A DNA stretch of 64,000 nucleotides from an uncultured bacterium (GCA_963780225.1 CAWAAX010000025.1:13620-77619); one strand, 5' to 3'; counted from the stretch's first letter, positions 30,460 to 40,449 are shown. The notes: generated by a model from the letters alone, not told the origin. Translations and numbers: made by a program.

Positions 30460-31338
30460 ATGAAAACCATAACCCAAACCAATTTCCCCGACCTAAAAAA
30501 AGTCTCCCAGGGCAAGGTGCGCGATATCTATGACCTGGGCGAGCACCTGCTGATAGTGGCCACCGACCGGATCTCGGCTTTTGACGTGGTCCTGCCTAAC
30601 GCCATTCCCCACAAGGGCTATGTATTGACCCAGATCTCCAAATTCTGGTTCCAAAAGATGGCCTCTCTCATGCCCAACCATCTTATAAGTGTCGACGTGG
30701 CTGATTTCCCGGCGCCCTGCCACAAGTACCAGGAGGAGCTGGAGGGCCGCTCGATGCTGGTCAAGAAGGCCAAACCCCTGCCGGTGGAATGCATCGTCCG
30801 GGGATACCTGACCGGATCGGGGCTTAAGGACTACCAGAAAACCGGGAAGGTCTGCGGGATAGAGCTTCCCAAAGGCCTGGTGGAATCCAGCCGGCTGGAG
30901 AGCCCCATATTCACTCCCTCCACCAAGGCCGAGATCGGGGACCACGACGAGAACATCAGCTTCGATAGGATGTCGGAAATACTTGGCGCGGAGAAGGCGG
31001 AGAAGGTAAAGCGCCTGTCGCTTTCGATCTACACCGCGGCCCGCAAGGTGGGGGAGGAAAAGGGGATCATCATCGCCGACACCAAGTTCGAGATGGGTGA
31101 TTTTGAAAACGGACTGATCCTGATAGACGAGGTGCTGACCCCGGATTCCTCCCGCTTCTGGCCCTTGGCCGGATACCAGGCGGGAAAGAGCCAGCCCAGC
31201 TTCGACAAACAGTTCGTCCGCGATTATCTGAACACATTGGACTGGAACAAGCAGGCTCCCGGGCCGGAACTGCCCAAAGAGGTGGTGGAGAAGACCAGCC
31301 AGAAATATTTGGAAGCCTTAAAAATACTTACAGACTAA
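30460..31338 (+). CDS. purC: SAICAR synthase
   Basis: [49 protein letters not shown]. Confidence 0.97.
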   Translation: MKTITQTNFPDLKKVSQGKVRDIYDLGEHLLIVATDRISAFDVVLPNAIPHKGYVLTQISKFWFQKMASLMPNHLISVDVADFPAPCHKYQEELEGRSMLVKKAKPLPVECIVRGYLTGSGLKDYQKTGKVCGIELPKGLVESSRLESPIFTPSTKAEIGDHDENISFDRMSEILGAEKAEKVKRLSLSIYTAARKVGEEKGIIIADTKFEMGDFENGLILIDEVLTPDSSRFWPLAGYQAGKSQPSFDKQFVRDYLNTLDWNKQAPGPELPKEVVEKTSQKYLEALKILTD

Positions 31339-31363
31339 AGCAAATAATACGGAGAGATGACCT

Positions 31364-31579
31364 ATGCCTGCAAAGAAAACCACAGTGATCAAAAAGGGAG
31401 CCCTCGCGGCCAAGAAAAATACTGCCGCCAAGCGCACCCGGGCCGACCGGCGCCGTCTTTTGAACGAAGAGGAGTTCAAACGGCTGATAGAGACCGGCCA
31501 GGTAATGGAAAGCGACCGGCGCAGCTGGATGGACAGGCGGAAGACCGAAGAAGCAAAGGGCAAAAAGAAAAAGGCCTGA
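31364..31579 (+). CDS. Small basic hypothetical protein with DRR motifs
   Basis: GGAGAG RBS; host-like codons; fits between purC and the repeat cluster. Confidence 0.65.
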   Translation: MPAKKTTVIKKGALAAKKNTAAKRTRADRRRLLNEEEFKRLIETGQVMESDRRSWMDRRKTEEAKGKKKKA

Positions 31580-31581
31580 GG

Positions 31582-31674
31582 CAATTGACAATTAACAGTG
31601 AACACTTAACGGCCCTTCGACAATGCTTCGATAAACTCAGCCTAACAGTTCAGGGCAAGAAAACGTCAAACGTC
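31582..31674. repeat. Repeat hotspot: heptamer tract, self-nested CTTCGA..TCAG element, AAACGTC x2
   Basis: CAATTGA-CAATTAA-CAGTGAA-CACTTAA; CCCTTCGACA[..GCTTCGATAAACTCAGC..]GTTCAGGGCAAG. Confidence 0.75.
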
Positions 31675-31712
31675 AGCAACCAAACGCTTAATTGCAGATA
31701 GAAAAATAGCAC

Positions 31713-31907
31713 ATGTTTTGGAAGAAAAAAGAAGTTCCGCCCCAAGGCAAGGGTATCACCGTTCAGCAGGGAGTGGCGGCCAACGCCCTTTCCATCCAGG
31801 CCCTGATAAACGTGCTGGTCAAGAAGAACGTCTGTACCCGCGAAGAGATCATGGACGAACTTAAAAGACTAACCCAGCCGGCCCAGGATGATGGAACTAA
31901 AAGATAA
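31713..31907 (+). CDS. Small hypothetical protein
   Basis: ALINVLVKKNVCTREEIMDELKRL; overlaps the start of the TPR gene. Confidence 0.65.
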   Translation: MFWKKKEVPPQGKGITVQQGVAANALSIQALINVLVKKNVCTREEIMDELKRLTQPAQDDGTKR

Positions 31908-32529
31908 GATCGAAGAACTTTTCGCCCGGGCAGATCAAAGGGTCAGGCAGGGAGATCGCCCGGGGGCCATAGTCAGCCTGACCGAGGTGACCGGCCTGCC
32001 GGAGATCGCCCAAGAGGAACCGCTGTCACTGGAATGCGCCCACTGGGGGCTGGCCGGCCTGCTGATCGCCGAAAGGGACGTCAAGCGGGCCGAAGAGCAT
32101 CTTAAGGCGGCCATCAAGCTCAACCCCCAGGAAGCCGGCTATCTTCAGGAACTGGGGGCTCTTTACAACTACCAGGCCCGGTTCGAGGAGGCGGCCCAGC
32201 AGTTTGAGAAAAGCCTGGAATTAAGGCCAGGGCACCCCGAGACCATACATCTTTTAGGCTGGGCGGTGTTCATGTCCGGCGACCTGAAGCGGGGGCAGAA
32301 GATGCTGGAGTTTGCGCTGGAGCTGGACGAGAACAACGTCGGCACACTGAACGACCTGGCGGTCTGCCTGATGGAGCAGGGAAAGATAAAAGAGGCCAGG
32401 AGCATGGTGGAAAAGGCCCTGGAGCTGGATCCCCATAATGAACTGTTGAGATCGTTCAATGAGATGCTGGAAGGGAAGACCGGAACGGGAAAAAACAAGA
32501 AAAAAGGGCAGAACAAAAACCATAAATAA
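31888..32529 (+). CDS. Tetratricopeptide repeat protein
   Basis: AIKLNPQEA..LG, SLELRPGH..LG, ALELDENN..LA, ALELDPHN. Confidence 0.9.
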   Translation: MMELKDKIEELFARADQRVRQGDRPGAIVSLTEVTGLPEIAQEEPLSLECAHWGLAGLLIAERDVKRAEEHLKAAIKLNPQEAGYLQELGALYNYQARFEEAAQQFEKSLELRPGHPETIHLLGWAVFMSGDLKRGQKMLEFALELDENNVGTLNDLAVCLMEQGKIKEARSMVEKALELDPHNELLRSFNEMLEGKTGTGKNKKKGQNKNHK

Positions 32530-32542
32530 TGATCCGCATCAA

Positions 32543-32616
32543 ATCCATAGCCCATACATTAATGTATGGGCTATGGATGCCCAACGGTAAACCCCCCGCC
32601 ATTGGCGGGGGGTTTA
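32543..32616. repeat. Two adjacent perfect palindromes (the second may act as a terminator)
   Basis: ATCCATAGCCCATACATT/AATGTATGGGCTATGGAT (36 bp, no loop) and TAAACCCCCCGCCA-T-TGGCGGGGGGTTTA. Confidence 0.85.
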
Positions 32617-32633
32617 TGCTTTAGAAACATTTC

Positions 32634-33660
32634 GGTTTAAAGGTCGAAAAAAGTTGCTAAAGCTGCTCTAACTTGTTGTAAAATAAGGGAAAACGACAGA
32701 TATTTTACAATGCATTATAAAAATGCCCTCATTGTGGTTCTTATCGGACCAAACGTTTTGGTTTTCAAAAGAGTCAACAGCGCTATCGCTGCCAAGAATG
32801 TTTATCTGTTTTTCGCAACAAACCAAGGCCACAAAAAGTAATCCGTCTTTTATGGAATAAATATGTCTTGGGGCGTCAAACGTTAAATTCCCTGGCAAAA
32901 GAGTTCGGGCTCAGCAGAAAACGTATTCAGCGATACTTCTCATCCCTACCCTACTGTAATCCATCGCTGGTAAATCTAAAGTCCCCTTTGGTTCTGGTAG
33001 CAGATGCTACTTTTTGGGGACGAGGCTATGGAGTAATCGTCTTTCGCGCTCCGGACCTAAAGCGCAATCTGTGGTGGACCGAGATACGAACCGAGACGGC
33101 TGATAGCTACCACCAGGGACGTCAATTATTACTGGATCATAATATTCGCCCATCAGCGGTGGTTATTGACGGAAAGCCCGGTATTGCTGAAGTTTTTCAG
33201 GATGTCCCCGTCCAGATATGCCATTTCCATCAAATCGCCATCGTCCGCCGTTATGTTACCAAATGGTCAAAATTGCCTGCCGCACAACAGTTGCTCTCTT
33301 TAGCGGAAACCTTGCCGAATACTAACGAGAATACTTTCCAAACCGAACTGGCGGCTTGGTATGACCGCTGGCGCCAGTTTCTTTCTCAAAGAACCTTTAA
33401 CCCAGACACCGGCAGATCGCACTTTACCCATAAACGGTTACGTTCCGCATACCACAGTCTGCAACGGCACCTTAAATACCTTTTCACATACCAGAGATTT
33501 ACCGAGCTGGGAATACCTAATACCACTAATTCCTTGGAAAGTACATTTGGGTATCTCAAACACTTATTAGAAGTCCACCGAGGAATAGCACGACCACTTC
33601 GTTACAAGTTTATCTGTAATATCTTGACTAAAAATAGCAACTAAAAACGGCCTTTAGACC
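32634..33660 (+). mobile_element. 1027-bp IS256/Mutator-like insertion sequence
   Basis: Imperfect 26-bp TIRs GGTTTAAAGGTCGAAAAAAGTTGCTA / TAGCAACTAAAAACGGCCTTTAGACC; flanking AACATTTC / AACATTTT (7/8 target duplication); lower GC. Confidence 0.88.
32710..33644 (+). CDS. IS256-like DDE transposase with N-terminal Zn ribbon (needs a -1 shift after codon ~4)
   Basis: VADATFW, VIDGKPG, QICHFHQ (CxxH), TTNSLESTF; in-frame upstream KCPHCGS..YRCQEC from 32721. Confidence 0.85.
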
Positions 33661-33673
33661 AACATTTTCGAAC

Positions 33674-34408
33674 TCATTCCCGGGGCAGGTACTTGAACGA
33701 CACCAGCCGGGAATGCCCGGAAAGATGATGGTTGATGAATTCGGCCAGCAGCCGGATCAGGAACAGTGAATCGGCGGTCTCCATCGGCGGCAGGTAGTCG
33801 TGCTGCTGCCAGAAATCAAGCCCCTTCAGCACCGGCCGGGTGAGGGCCACCGATTCCCCGTGCTTTTTGCCGCAGCCGGGGCAGAGCAGTCCGCCCAGCG
33901 AAAGCGAGAACAGGAACAGTTCATCCCGGGCCGTCTTCCGGCAGTCAAGGCAGCGGTCCAGCACCGGGTGGTAGCCCAGGTTGTTGATGGAGGCCAGGCA
34001 GAACTCGGCCAGCGGGTGCTGGGGGCCGGGGCTGTGCTCCAGGGCCTTGATCAGCACCAGCAGATTGTTGAACAGGGCCAGGTTGGGGGATTCCAGGTCG
34101 GTGGCCCGGTAGGCCACTTCCAGGGCCGGGGCCAAAAAACCCAGGCTCTCCGTCCTGCAGGCCTGGCCGGGGTAAAAAACCACCGAGGCCTCGGAGGCGG
34201 TGTGGATCTCGGACCGGATGCTGCGGTAAAAAACTATCTGGGATAATGTCCCGGGATCGAAAGCCGCGCCGAACTTGCTTTTGGTGCGGCGGACGCCCTT
34301 GGCCATGAACTTCATCCGGCCGAATTTCCTGGTAAAGGCGTGGACGATCCGGCTGGACTCGGACCAGTTCTGGGTCTTAAGGATGACGGCTTCGGTGCGC
34401 TGGATCAT
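33674..34408 (-). CDS. recO: DNA repair protein RecO
   Basis: TEAVILK..WSESSRIVHAFTRKFG..AKGVRRTKS; CLDC..CPGC Zn finger. Confidence 0.92.
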   Translation of the reverse strand: MIQRTEAVILKTQNWSESSRIVHAFTRKFGRMKFMAKGVRRTKSKFGAAFDPGTLSQIVFYRSIRSEIHTASEASVVFYPGQACRTESLGFLAPALEVAYRATDLESPNLALFNNLLVLIKALEHSPGPQHPLAEFCLASINNLGYHPVLDRCLDCRKTARDELFLFSLSLGGLLCPGCGKKHGESVALTRPVLKGLDFWQQHDYLPPMETADSLFLIRLLAEFINHHLSGHSRLVSFKYLPRE

Positions 34409-34444
34409 GAAGATTATTAGTGGTGATGTTTTGCTTGAAAGCTT

Positions 34445-35359
34445 TCAGCCGGCCCGAATGTTTTCAAGATATTCGATGAACAATTTCAGTTCTTCTTTGG
34501 TCATGACCCGTCCGTGACCGCCAATGACAGTTTCAATGTCATTCCACCGGGCAAAGATCCATTTGACCGCGGCTTTACGCTGCCTCAGATCGTTTTTAAG
34601 CAGATCTTCGTCAAGGGAAGGGATCCCGCCGGGAGAAAAAAGATCCCCGGTCATCAACAATTTCAATTCAGGTATGTGAATTACGGCGTCACTTTTGGAA
34701 TGGGTCCCCCCAAAATAGACCAGGGATAATGTCATGTCCCCCAAAGGGAGGCTCAGGCTGTCCTTGAAGATAAGCGAGGGGGCGGTAACGATACGGTCTT
34801 TGGCGAGGTCGTCACAAGCATGCTGATAGCGGCTTTTTTTGCAGAATGTTTCATTCCATTCCCTTGATCCGGCATCCAGCCCGCCAAGTTCCTTGTCATA
34901 ACCATTGACCGTTTCCAGCCACCGTTTTCTGATCCTTTCCGGGTCTTTCCAGTATTCGGCCATTTCGGACCGGCAATTCTCCTGCCCGACCATTATGGCG
35001 CCGGCAAAGACCTGGTTTCCGCCCACATGATCCGGGTGGGAATGGGTGTTTATCAAATAGGTGAAATCATTACGGCCGAAAGCCTGCTCGATGGTCTTTC
35101 GGTATTTATTGGTCAGGGAGTTTGAGATCCCGGCGTCAATCACAACAATTCCCTTTTGGGCCGCAATGGCGGTAACGGCATCGGGTCCCAGGCTGACGAC
35201 GACTACTTTTGCAGCTACCCGGGCCACCTTGATAAAGCCGTCAATGTTTTCTTTGGCCTTGTCGGGCGGCCGGCTGGGCTGCCAAAACGCCAAAAAAGAA
35301 AACACGGTTAATGCAGTGACCGCCAACAAGGACAGGGCAACAACAGCGCCTTTGCTCAT
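34445..35359 (-). CDS. Exported MBL-fold metallo-hydrolase
   Basis: VVIDAG, INTHSHPDHVGGN, GTHS, TGDL, GGHG; N-terminal hydrophobic helix. Confidence 0.88.
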   Translation of the reverse strand: MSKGAVVALSLLAVTALTVFSFLAFWQPSRPPDKAKENIDGFIKVARVAAKVVVVSLGPDAVTAIAAQKGIVVIDAGISNSLTNKYRKTIEQAFGRNDFTYLINTHSHPDHVGGNQVFAGAIMVGQENCRSEMAEYWKDPERIRKRWLETVNGYDKELGGLDAGSREWNETFCKKSRYQHACDDLAKDRIVTAPSLIFKDSLSLPLGDMTLSLVYFGGTHSKSDAVIHIPELKLLMTGDLFSPGGIPSLDEDLLKNDLRQRKAAVKWIFARWNDIETVIGGHGRVMTKEELKLFIEYLENIRAG

Positions 35360-35459
35360 GGTCAGACAGTGCTCCGGCAGCATTTATGGCGGAGGGATAA
35401 TATTTGTTAAAAAGGCCGGCGTGGTTTGCCCAGGGTGTCCACCTTGCAAAATCTTCTGC

Positions 35460-36830
35460 TCACTCTGTGGAGGACGCCTGCCCAGCGCCGTCCGGCGGGC
35501 CGGCCTTGGAAGACAGTTTGACCAGCCGCCTGGCCCTGACCGCCATGATCCTCCGCTTGCGCACCGCCTCCACCGTGAACTCCCAGGCCGGCTGGGTCGG
35601 CGGCCATTTAAGTTTTTCCCCGGACGAAGGCACCTTGCCGGCGATGTCGTAGATGAAACCGCCCAGGGTCTCAAAACCCTCGGTGGGAAAATCGGAGCCC
35701 AGCGCTTCGTTCAATTGCTCGATGTCTATCCGGGCGTCGATGCGGTAGGACCTTTCGTCGATCCTGCGGAACAGCGGCTCCTCGGTGTCAAACTCGTCCC
35801 GGACCTCGCCCACTATCTCCTCCAGCACGTCCTCCAAAGTGACCATCCCGGCGGTGCCGCCGTACTCGTCCACCACTATGGCCAGGTGGGTCTTCCAGGA
35901 CTGGAACTCCTGCAGCAGGCCGTCCAGCTTCTTGGACTCGGGCACAAAATGGGCGGGGCGGGCCAGCTCGTCCACCGGCTGATTCTTGACCCCCGAGCGC
36001 AGGACCTTGTTGATGTCGGTGGCGTAGGCTATGCCCACGATGTTGTCGATGGTCTGGCGGTAGACCGGGATCCGGGAGTGCCCGGCCTTCTCCATCAGTT
36101 TGACCGCCTTGAAGATGGGAAGGTCCGAAGGGGCCGCCACCATGTCGATCCGGGGCACCATGATCTCCCGGGCGGTCTTGTCCCCCAGCTCGAAGATCCC
36201 GTGGATCATCTCGGTCTCGTTGCTGTCCAGCACCCCCTGCTCGTGCCCGGCCGAAAGCAGGGCCTTGATCTCGTCCTCGGTGATCTTGGAGGAAAGCTGG
36301 GCCTTCTTGATCCCGAAGAAGGAGAGGGCCAGGTCGGTGGATCGGGTCAAAAGCCAGATGGCCGGCCGGGCCGCCGCCGCCACGAATTCCAGGGGCCTGG
36401 CGGCCAGCAGGGTGATGAACTGGGAATGCTTGAGGGCGATGTTCTTGGGGGTCAGCTCGCCCAGGATGATGGTGAAGAAGGAGACCACCGCGGTGACCAA
36501 CGCCAAAGCGATGGGATGGCTGTTATTGGAAACGAAGCCCAGGGGAAGGTCTTCCAAGGCCTGGGATACCAGCTTGTAGCTGGAGACGGCGGCCACGGCC
36601 GAGGCTAGAAAGCCCAGGAAGGTGACGCCCATCTGGATGGTGGCGAACAGCCGGGAGGGATCCTCCAAAAGCCTTAAGGCCGACTTGGCCCTCAGGTCCC
36701 CATGGTGGGCCAGCTCCTTAAGGCTGCTTTTGCGCACCGTGATCAAGGCGATCTCGGAGGCGGACAGCAGGCCGTTGAAAAATATCAGCGCCGCGATCAG
36801 CAGCAGTTCGCCCCAGATAGAAATTTCCAA
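35460..36830 (-). CDS. Hemolysin-family / CorC-like protein (DUF21-CBS-CorC)
   Basis: SASEIAL, GELTPK, AREIMVPR, HSRIPVY, VVDEYGGTAGMVTLEDVLEEIVGE. Confidence 0.94.
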   Translation of the reverse strand: MEISIWGELLLIAALIFFNGLLSASEIALITVRKSSLKELAHHGDLRAKSALRLLEDPSRLFATIQMGVTFLGFLASAVAAVSSYKLVSQALEDLPLGFVSNNSHPIALALVTAVVSFFTIILGELTPKNIALKHSQFITLLAARPLEFVAAAARPAIWLLTRSTDLALSFFGIKKAQLSSKITEDEIKALLSAGHEQGVLDSNETEMIHGIFELGDKTAREIMVPRIDMVAAPSDLPIFKAVKLMEKAGHSRIPVYRQTIDNIVGIAYATDINKVLRSGVKNQPVDELARPAHFVPESKKLDGLLQEFQSWKTHLAIVVDEYGGTAGMVTLEDVLEEIVGEVRDEFDTEEPLFRRIDERSYRIDARIDIEQLNEALGSDFPTEGFETLGGFIYDIAGKVPSSGEKLKWPPTQPAWEFTVEAVRKRRIMAVRARRLVKLSSKAGPPDGAGQASSTE

Positions 36831-37027
36831 AGTAAAAAACTCCTAATTTATTTTATAAGGAAGCCAGCCTGTCCGCCATAGTGGTACGAAGGCGGGGAAT
36901 ACAGGAAAGAATATTTTACGATGTAATTGTCATGATTTTACGGATTCCTGTTGACCTGGTTGATTTTAAGCGATACTTTCCCATCCTAGATGGACAGTCA
37001 ATGATATCGCTGGAAAATATGATTCAA

Positions 37028-37465
37028 TTAGCCGGAGCAATGTCCGTAAAGATAGAATTCTTCCCGGCGCTGCATTTTGGGGGCCTGGCCGGGTTTGACA
37101 TGGTCGTATCCCAGCAGGTGCAATACCCCGTGGACCGTCAGCCTCCGGATCTCCTCTTCGGCCGTGACCCGGTATTCACGGGCCTGGCGCCTGGCCCGGG
37201 GAAGCGAGATGAAGACATCGCCCAGTTCCTTTGCATTGTACCGGGAGTCAGCCCCTTCGGTCATGGCAAAGGAGATGACGTCGGTCACCCGGTCCCTGCC
37301 CCGGTAGCGGCGGTTGAGCCGGCGCAGGTGGGCGCTGTCGGTGAAGATCACGGTCAGGTCGCAGTCCGGGCGGGACTCATGCTTCAGTATCCTTTCGACC
37401 AGGGTCTTCAGGCTGGAAGGTTTGAAATCCCGGACGGGAACAAGAAATTCGAAACAGACGGACAT
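37028..37465 (-). CDS. ybeY: rRNA maturation RNase YbeY
   Basis: LNRRYRGRDRVTDVISF, LGDVFIS, HGVLHLLGYDH. Confidence 0.96.
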   Translation of the reverse strand: MSVCFEFLVPVRDFKPSSLKTLVERILKHESRPDCDLTVIFTDSAHLRRLNRRYRGRDRVTDVISFAMTEGADSRYNAKELGDVFISLPRARRQAREYRVTAEEEIRRLTVHGVLHLLGYDHVKPGQAPKMQRREEFYLYGHCSG

Positions 37466-37497
37466 AGTAAATCTTGCGGTTAAAAGGATCGATCATA

Positions 37498-37620
37498 CAA
37501 CCTCAACCCCGCTTCGTTTGTAAAATGCTTGCATATCTCAGTGCATGCTTCACTTCCCCTTCTCTTACATCACGATGGTCCCAATTTATCCAAGAGAAGG
37601 GGACAGAGGGGATGAGTTAG
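37498..37620. repeat. REP-like inverted repeat between the HDIG gene and ybeY
   Basis: TCCCCTTCTCTT (37555-37566) / AAGAGAAGGGGA (37592-37603); imperfect outer arms CAACCTCAACCCC / GGGGATGAGTTAG. Confidence 0.65.
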
Positions 37621-37634
37621 AAGATCCAATATTA

Positions 37635-39866
37635 TTATCGCGGTTTTTCTTCCAGCATGTTGGTCTGGGGATATTCTATCCGGGGATGGAAGACCGCGGT
37701 CAGCACCGGCATGAAGGCCTCCCCGGTCAAATTCAGTTCGTGCAGGGTCAGGTTGGATTCGTCCAGCTCCAGCTGGTTGGCCTTCTCGGCGATGATGGCC
37801 CGGACCACCTTGCGCACCCGCTTGGTGCCGTGATCTTTGAGCGACCGGACGGTGGCCTCCACCACATCGGCCAGCATCACCAGCCCTATTTCCTTGGACT
37901 GGGGTTTGGGGCCGGGATAGCGGAAGTCCGATTCCAGCACCCCGCCTTCGCTGGCCTGGATGGCCTTGAGGTAAAAATACTTGGAAAGGGTGGTGCCGTG
38001 GTGCTGGGCGATGGCGTCCACTATCATCTGGGGCAGGCGCTGCTGTTTGGCCAGCTCCACTCCGTCCTTGACGTGGGAGACCAGCACCAGGTGGCTCATC
38101 TTAGGGGCCAGTCCGTCGTGGCGGTTGATTCCGGAGGTCTGGTTCTCGATGAAATAATCCGGCTTGGCCAGCTTGCCGGCATCATGGTAATACCCCATTA
38201 TCCGGGCCTGAAGGCTGTTGGCCCTGATGGCCAGGGCGGCGGCCTCGGCCAGGTTTCCCACCAAAAGACTGTGCTGGAAGGTTCCCGGCGCTTCCAGCGA
38301 GAGCCGTTTCAATAAAGGCTGATCGGGGTCGGCCAGCTCCAGCAGGCTGTAGTCGGTGGTGGCCCGGAAGACGGTCTCCAAGACCGGCAGCAGCACCAGT
38401 GCCAGTACCACCGAAAGGGCAGCATTCATCGGCCCCAGCGCCAGGGCTTGCTTGATCTGCCCGGCCGGGGCCTGCCTCAGGTATTCCACTGCGGCGATGG
38501 CCAGGATGTTGATCAGGCTGATGGCCAGAAAACTCTTGACGATGAATTTCAGCCGGCCCCGCAGGTCCCTGGCGGCGAAGGCCGCCACCGCGCCCGAGGC
38601 CAGCATCACCACGGTCAAGGGGAAGTTGAAGCCGGTGACCACGCCCAAAAGCAGGCTGCCGGTGATGGCCACCACCGCTCCCAGGGTAACATCGAAGATC
38701 AATCCGATGATCAGAGGGCCTACCGCCGCCGGGATCAGATAAGGCGAGAGTTGTTGCTGTCCCAGCACTGCCCAGCCGCCCAGCATGGTCAGCAGTATCA
38801 CCACTGCCAAAAGCAGCAGATGGGAGCCGTTGTTGAATATCTCGGGCCGGAACCGGTAGAGGTAGATGATCAGAATTCCCAGGAAGAACCCCAAAGCCAG
38901 CAGCCGGGAGAGCAATGTTAAAAGGTAACGCCAGCCTCCCTGGCGGGAGACCAGGGCGATCTCGTCCAGGCGCACTTTAAGGGAGTAAAGCTTTTGGGCG
39001 GCCGGGGCGTCGATCTTCTGATAGGCCGCCACCAGGCGCTCTCCCTTGGCCACCTGGCCCACGGCCAGGGAAACATTGTGGCGGGCCAAAGCCCGGGCGT
39101 TGTTCACTTCCTCCAGGTCCAGGTTAAGATTGGGCACCAGCAGGCCGGAGGCCACTTCGGCGGCGGCCTGGGCCAGCGGGGCCGACTTTGGGAAAGCCTG
39201 TTCGGCCTTGATCTTCATCAACAGCGGCAGGCTTTGGGCGGTGGCCAGGTCCTGCACCGGCGTCCGCTGCAGCTGATCCTGATCCCGGATTACCACCTGG
39301 TTCCCCAGATACTGGGTCTGCTTGTCGGTCAAAGGAAGGATGCCGGTGGACACCGCCTGGCGGCAGATGGCCCGGAGTCCCTGCTGAAAGGGATAAAGCT
39401 CGGGCAGGGACAGCAGCAGGTTCACCGTGGCCGGGGAAAGCTTAAGGCCCCAGCCTTCCAGCCGTTTCTTTTTGACCGCCAGGTATTCGTCCTCCTCCCG
39501 TAGGTCCGAGAGCTTTACCAGGAAGCGGTCGACATCGCCCAGGATCTTGTTGTCCACCTCGGGGCTGCGGTAGGCGATGGCCAGCACGTTTTGCTCGGCG
39601 CTGTCCTGCTGGGCCGCCAGCTCTTTGGGATACTTAAGCACCGGAAAGTCGAAGGGGGCCACGATGTCGTGGTTGCTGACGTCGCCTTCCTTAAGCTCCA
39701 GCTCGTCGTGGCGGGCCGGGGAGAACAGGTTGGCCACGATCAAAAGCAGGCCGAAGGCAATGGCGGCCCGTTTAAGCCAGAAGATCTGCCTTTTGCGGGC
39801 CGGGGCGTCCAAGGGCCAGAAGGCCTTGGCGAAATTTAGGGATCTGGTTTTAAAATCTAATCTCAT
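37635..39866 (-). CDS. 7TM-HD(IG) phosphohydrolase, PgpH-like
   Basis: Extracellular domain, TM block, EAPGTFQHSL, YYHDAGK..YFIENQ, QHHGT, FRYPGPKP, LADVVEA; in the phoH-ybeY operon. Confidence 0.92.
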   Translation of the reverse strand: MRLDFKTRSLNFAKAFWPLDAPARKRQIFWLKRAAIAFGLLLIVANLFSPARHDELELKEGDVSNHDIVAPFDFPVLKYPKELAAQQDSAEQNVLAIAYRSPEVDNKILGDVDRFLVKLSDLREEDEYLAVKKKRLEGWGLKLSPATVNLLLSLPELYPFQQGLRAICRQAVSTGILPLTDKQTQYLGNQVVIRDQDQLQRTPVQDLATAQSLPLLMKIKAEQAFPKSAPLAQAAAEVASGLLVPNLNLDLEEVNNARALARHNVSLAVGQVAKGERLVAAYQKIDAPAAQKLYSLKVRLDEIALVSRQGGWRYLLTLLSRLLALGFFLGILIIYLYRFRPEIFNNGSHLLLLAVVILLTMLGGWAVLGQQQLSPYLIPAAVGPLIIGLIFDVTLGAVVAITGSLLLGVVTGFNFPLTVVMLASGAVAAFAARDLRGRLKFIVKSFLAISLINILAIAAVEYLRQAPAGQIKQALALGPMNAALSVVLALVLLPVLETVFRATTDYSLLELADPDQPLLKRLSLEAPGTFQHSLLVGNLAEAAALAIRANSLQARIMGYYHDAGKLAKPDYFIENQTSGINRHDGLAPKMSHLVLVSHVKDGVELAKQQRLPQMIVDAIAQHHGTTLSKYFYLKAIQASEGGVLESDFRYPGPKPQSKEIGLVMLADVVEATVRSLKDHGTKRVRKVVRAIIAEKANQLELDESNLTLHELNLTGEAFMPVLTAVFHPRIEYPQTNMLEEKPR

Positions 39867-39875
39867 ATGAATAAT

Positions 39876-40391
39876 CTATTGATCTTCTTGTTCAACCTCT
39901 TTACTTTTTGGGTATGCTATTTTAACTATGAATGAACCATCTAATAAAAGATAAAAACCCAACGCAGGTTTAATTAAATAGAAAATAAGTGAATGCGGAA
40001 CTACTTTGCCAAATTTGGCAGAGGGTACAAGAAGAACAGAAATTGCTGATACCAGCGGTGAAATTGAAATGATTACAATAAACAGGCCAATTAATTTTAC
40101 CCAAAACAAAAAATTATCTTTATTGTTTTTAACATCAATTGATTGTTCACTTTCCGGGGAATTACTTTTGAACAATAACGTAGATAATTTGTAAGAATAC
40201 CTTATTAACGTGAGCCACATTAAAACAGCAAAAATAAATCCTATTATTGATCGCAATATGAAACTGTCCATTGCAAATATTGTTGGAATAAGCAGAGGTA
40301 TTAGACTTAAAGAAAAGAAAAAACCTGCAACACCAATTATTTTTATTAGGACATCGGCAAAATCAATTTTATTCATGGGTGCTTCTTCCAT
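39876..40391 (-). CDS. Low-GC hypothetical membrane protein (~4 TM)
   Basis: AT-rich ORF co-oriented inside the phoH operon; two similar halves (IKIIGV.. / VKLIGL..). Confidence 0.75.
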   Translation of the reverse strand: MEEAPMNKIDFADVLIKIIGVAGFFFSLSLIPLLIPTIFAMDSFILRSIIGFIFAVLMWLTLIRYSYKLSTLLFKSNSPESEQSIDVKNNKDNFLFWVKLIGLFIVIISISPLVSAISVLLVPSAKFGKVVPHSLIFYLIKPALGFYLLLDGSFIVKIAYPKSKEVEQEDQ

Positions 40392-40449
40392 AAATCTCAG
40401 TTAAAGATTACAGTAAAGTTATTTTCCCTTGATGGCCCGAGAGGACCTT

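Noticed and set aside
34445-35359. Metallo-beta-lactamase resistance gene
   Set aside because: The fold motifs are generic to the MBL superfamily; nothing indicates antibiotic specificity.
35061-36608. 515-aa + strand ORF
   Set aside because: Antisense shadow of the CorC-like gene, typical of high-GC3 genes; no motifs.
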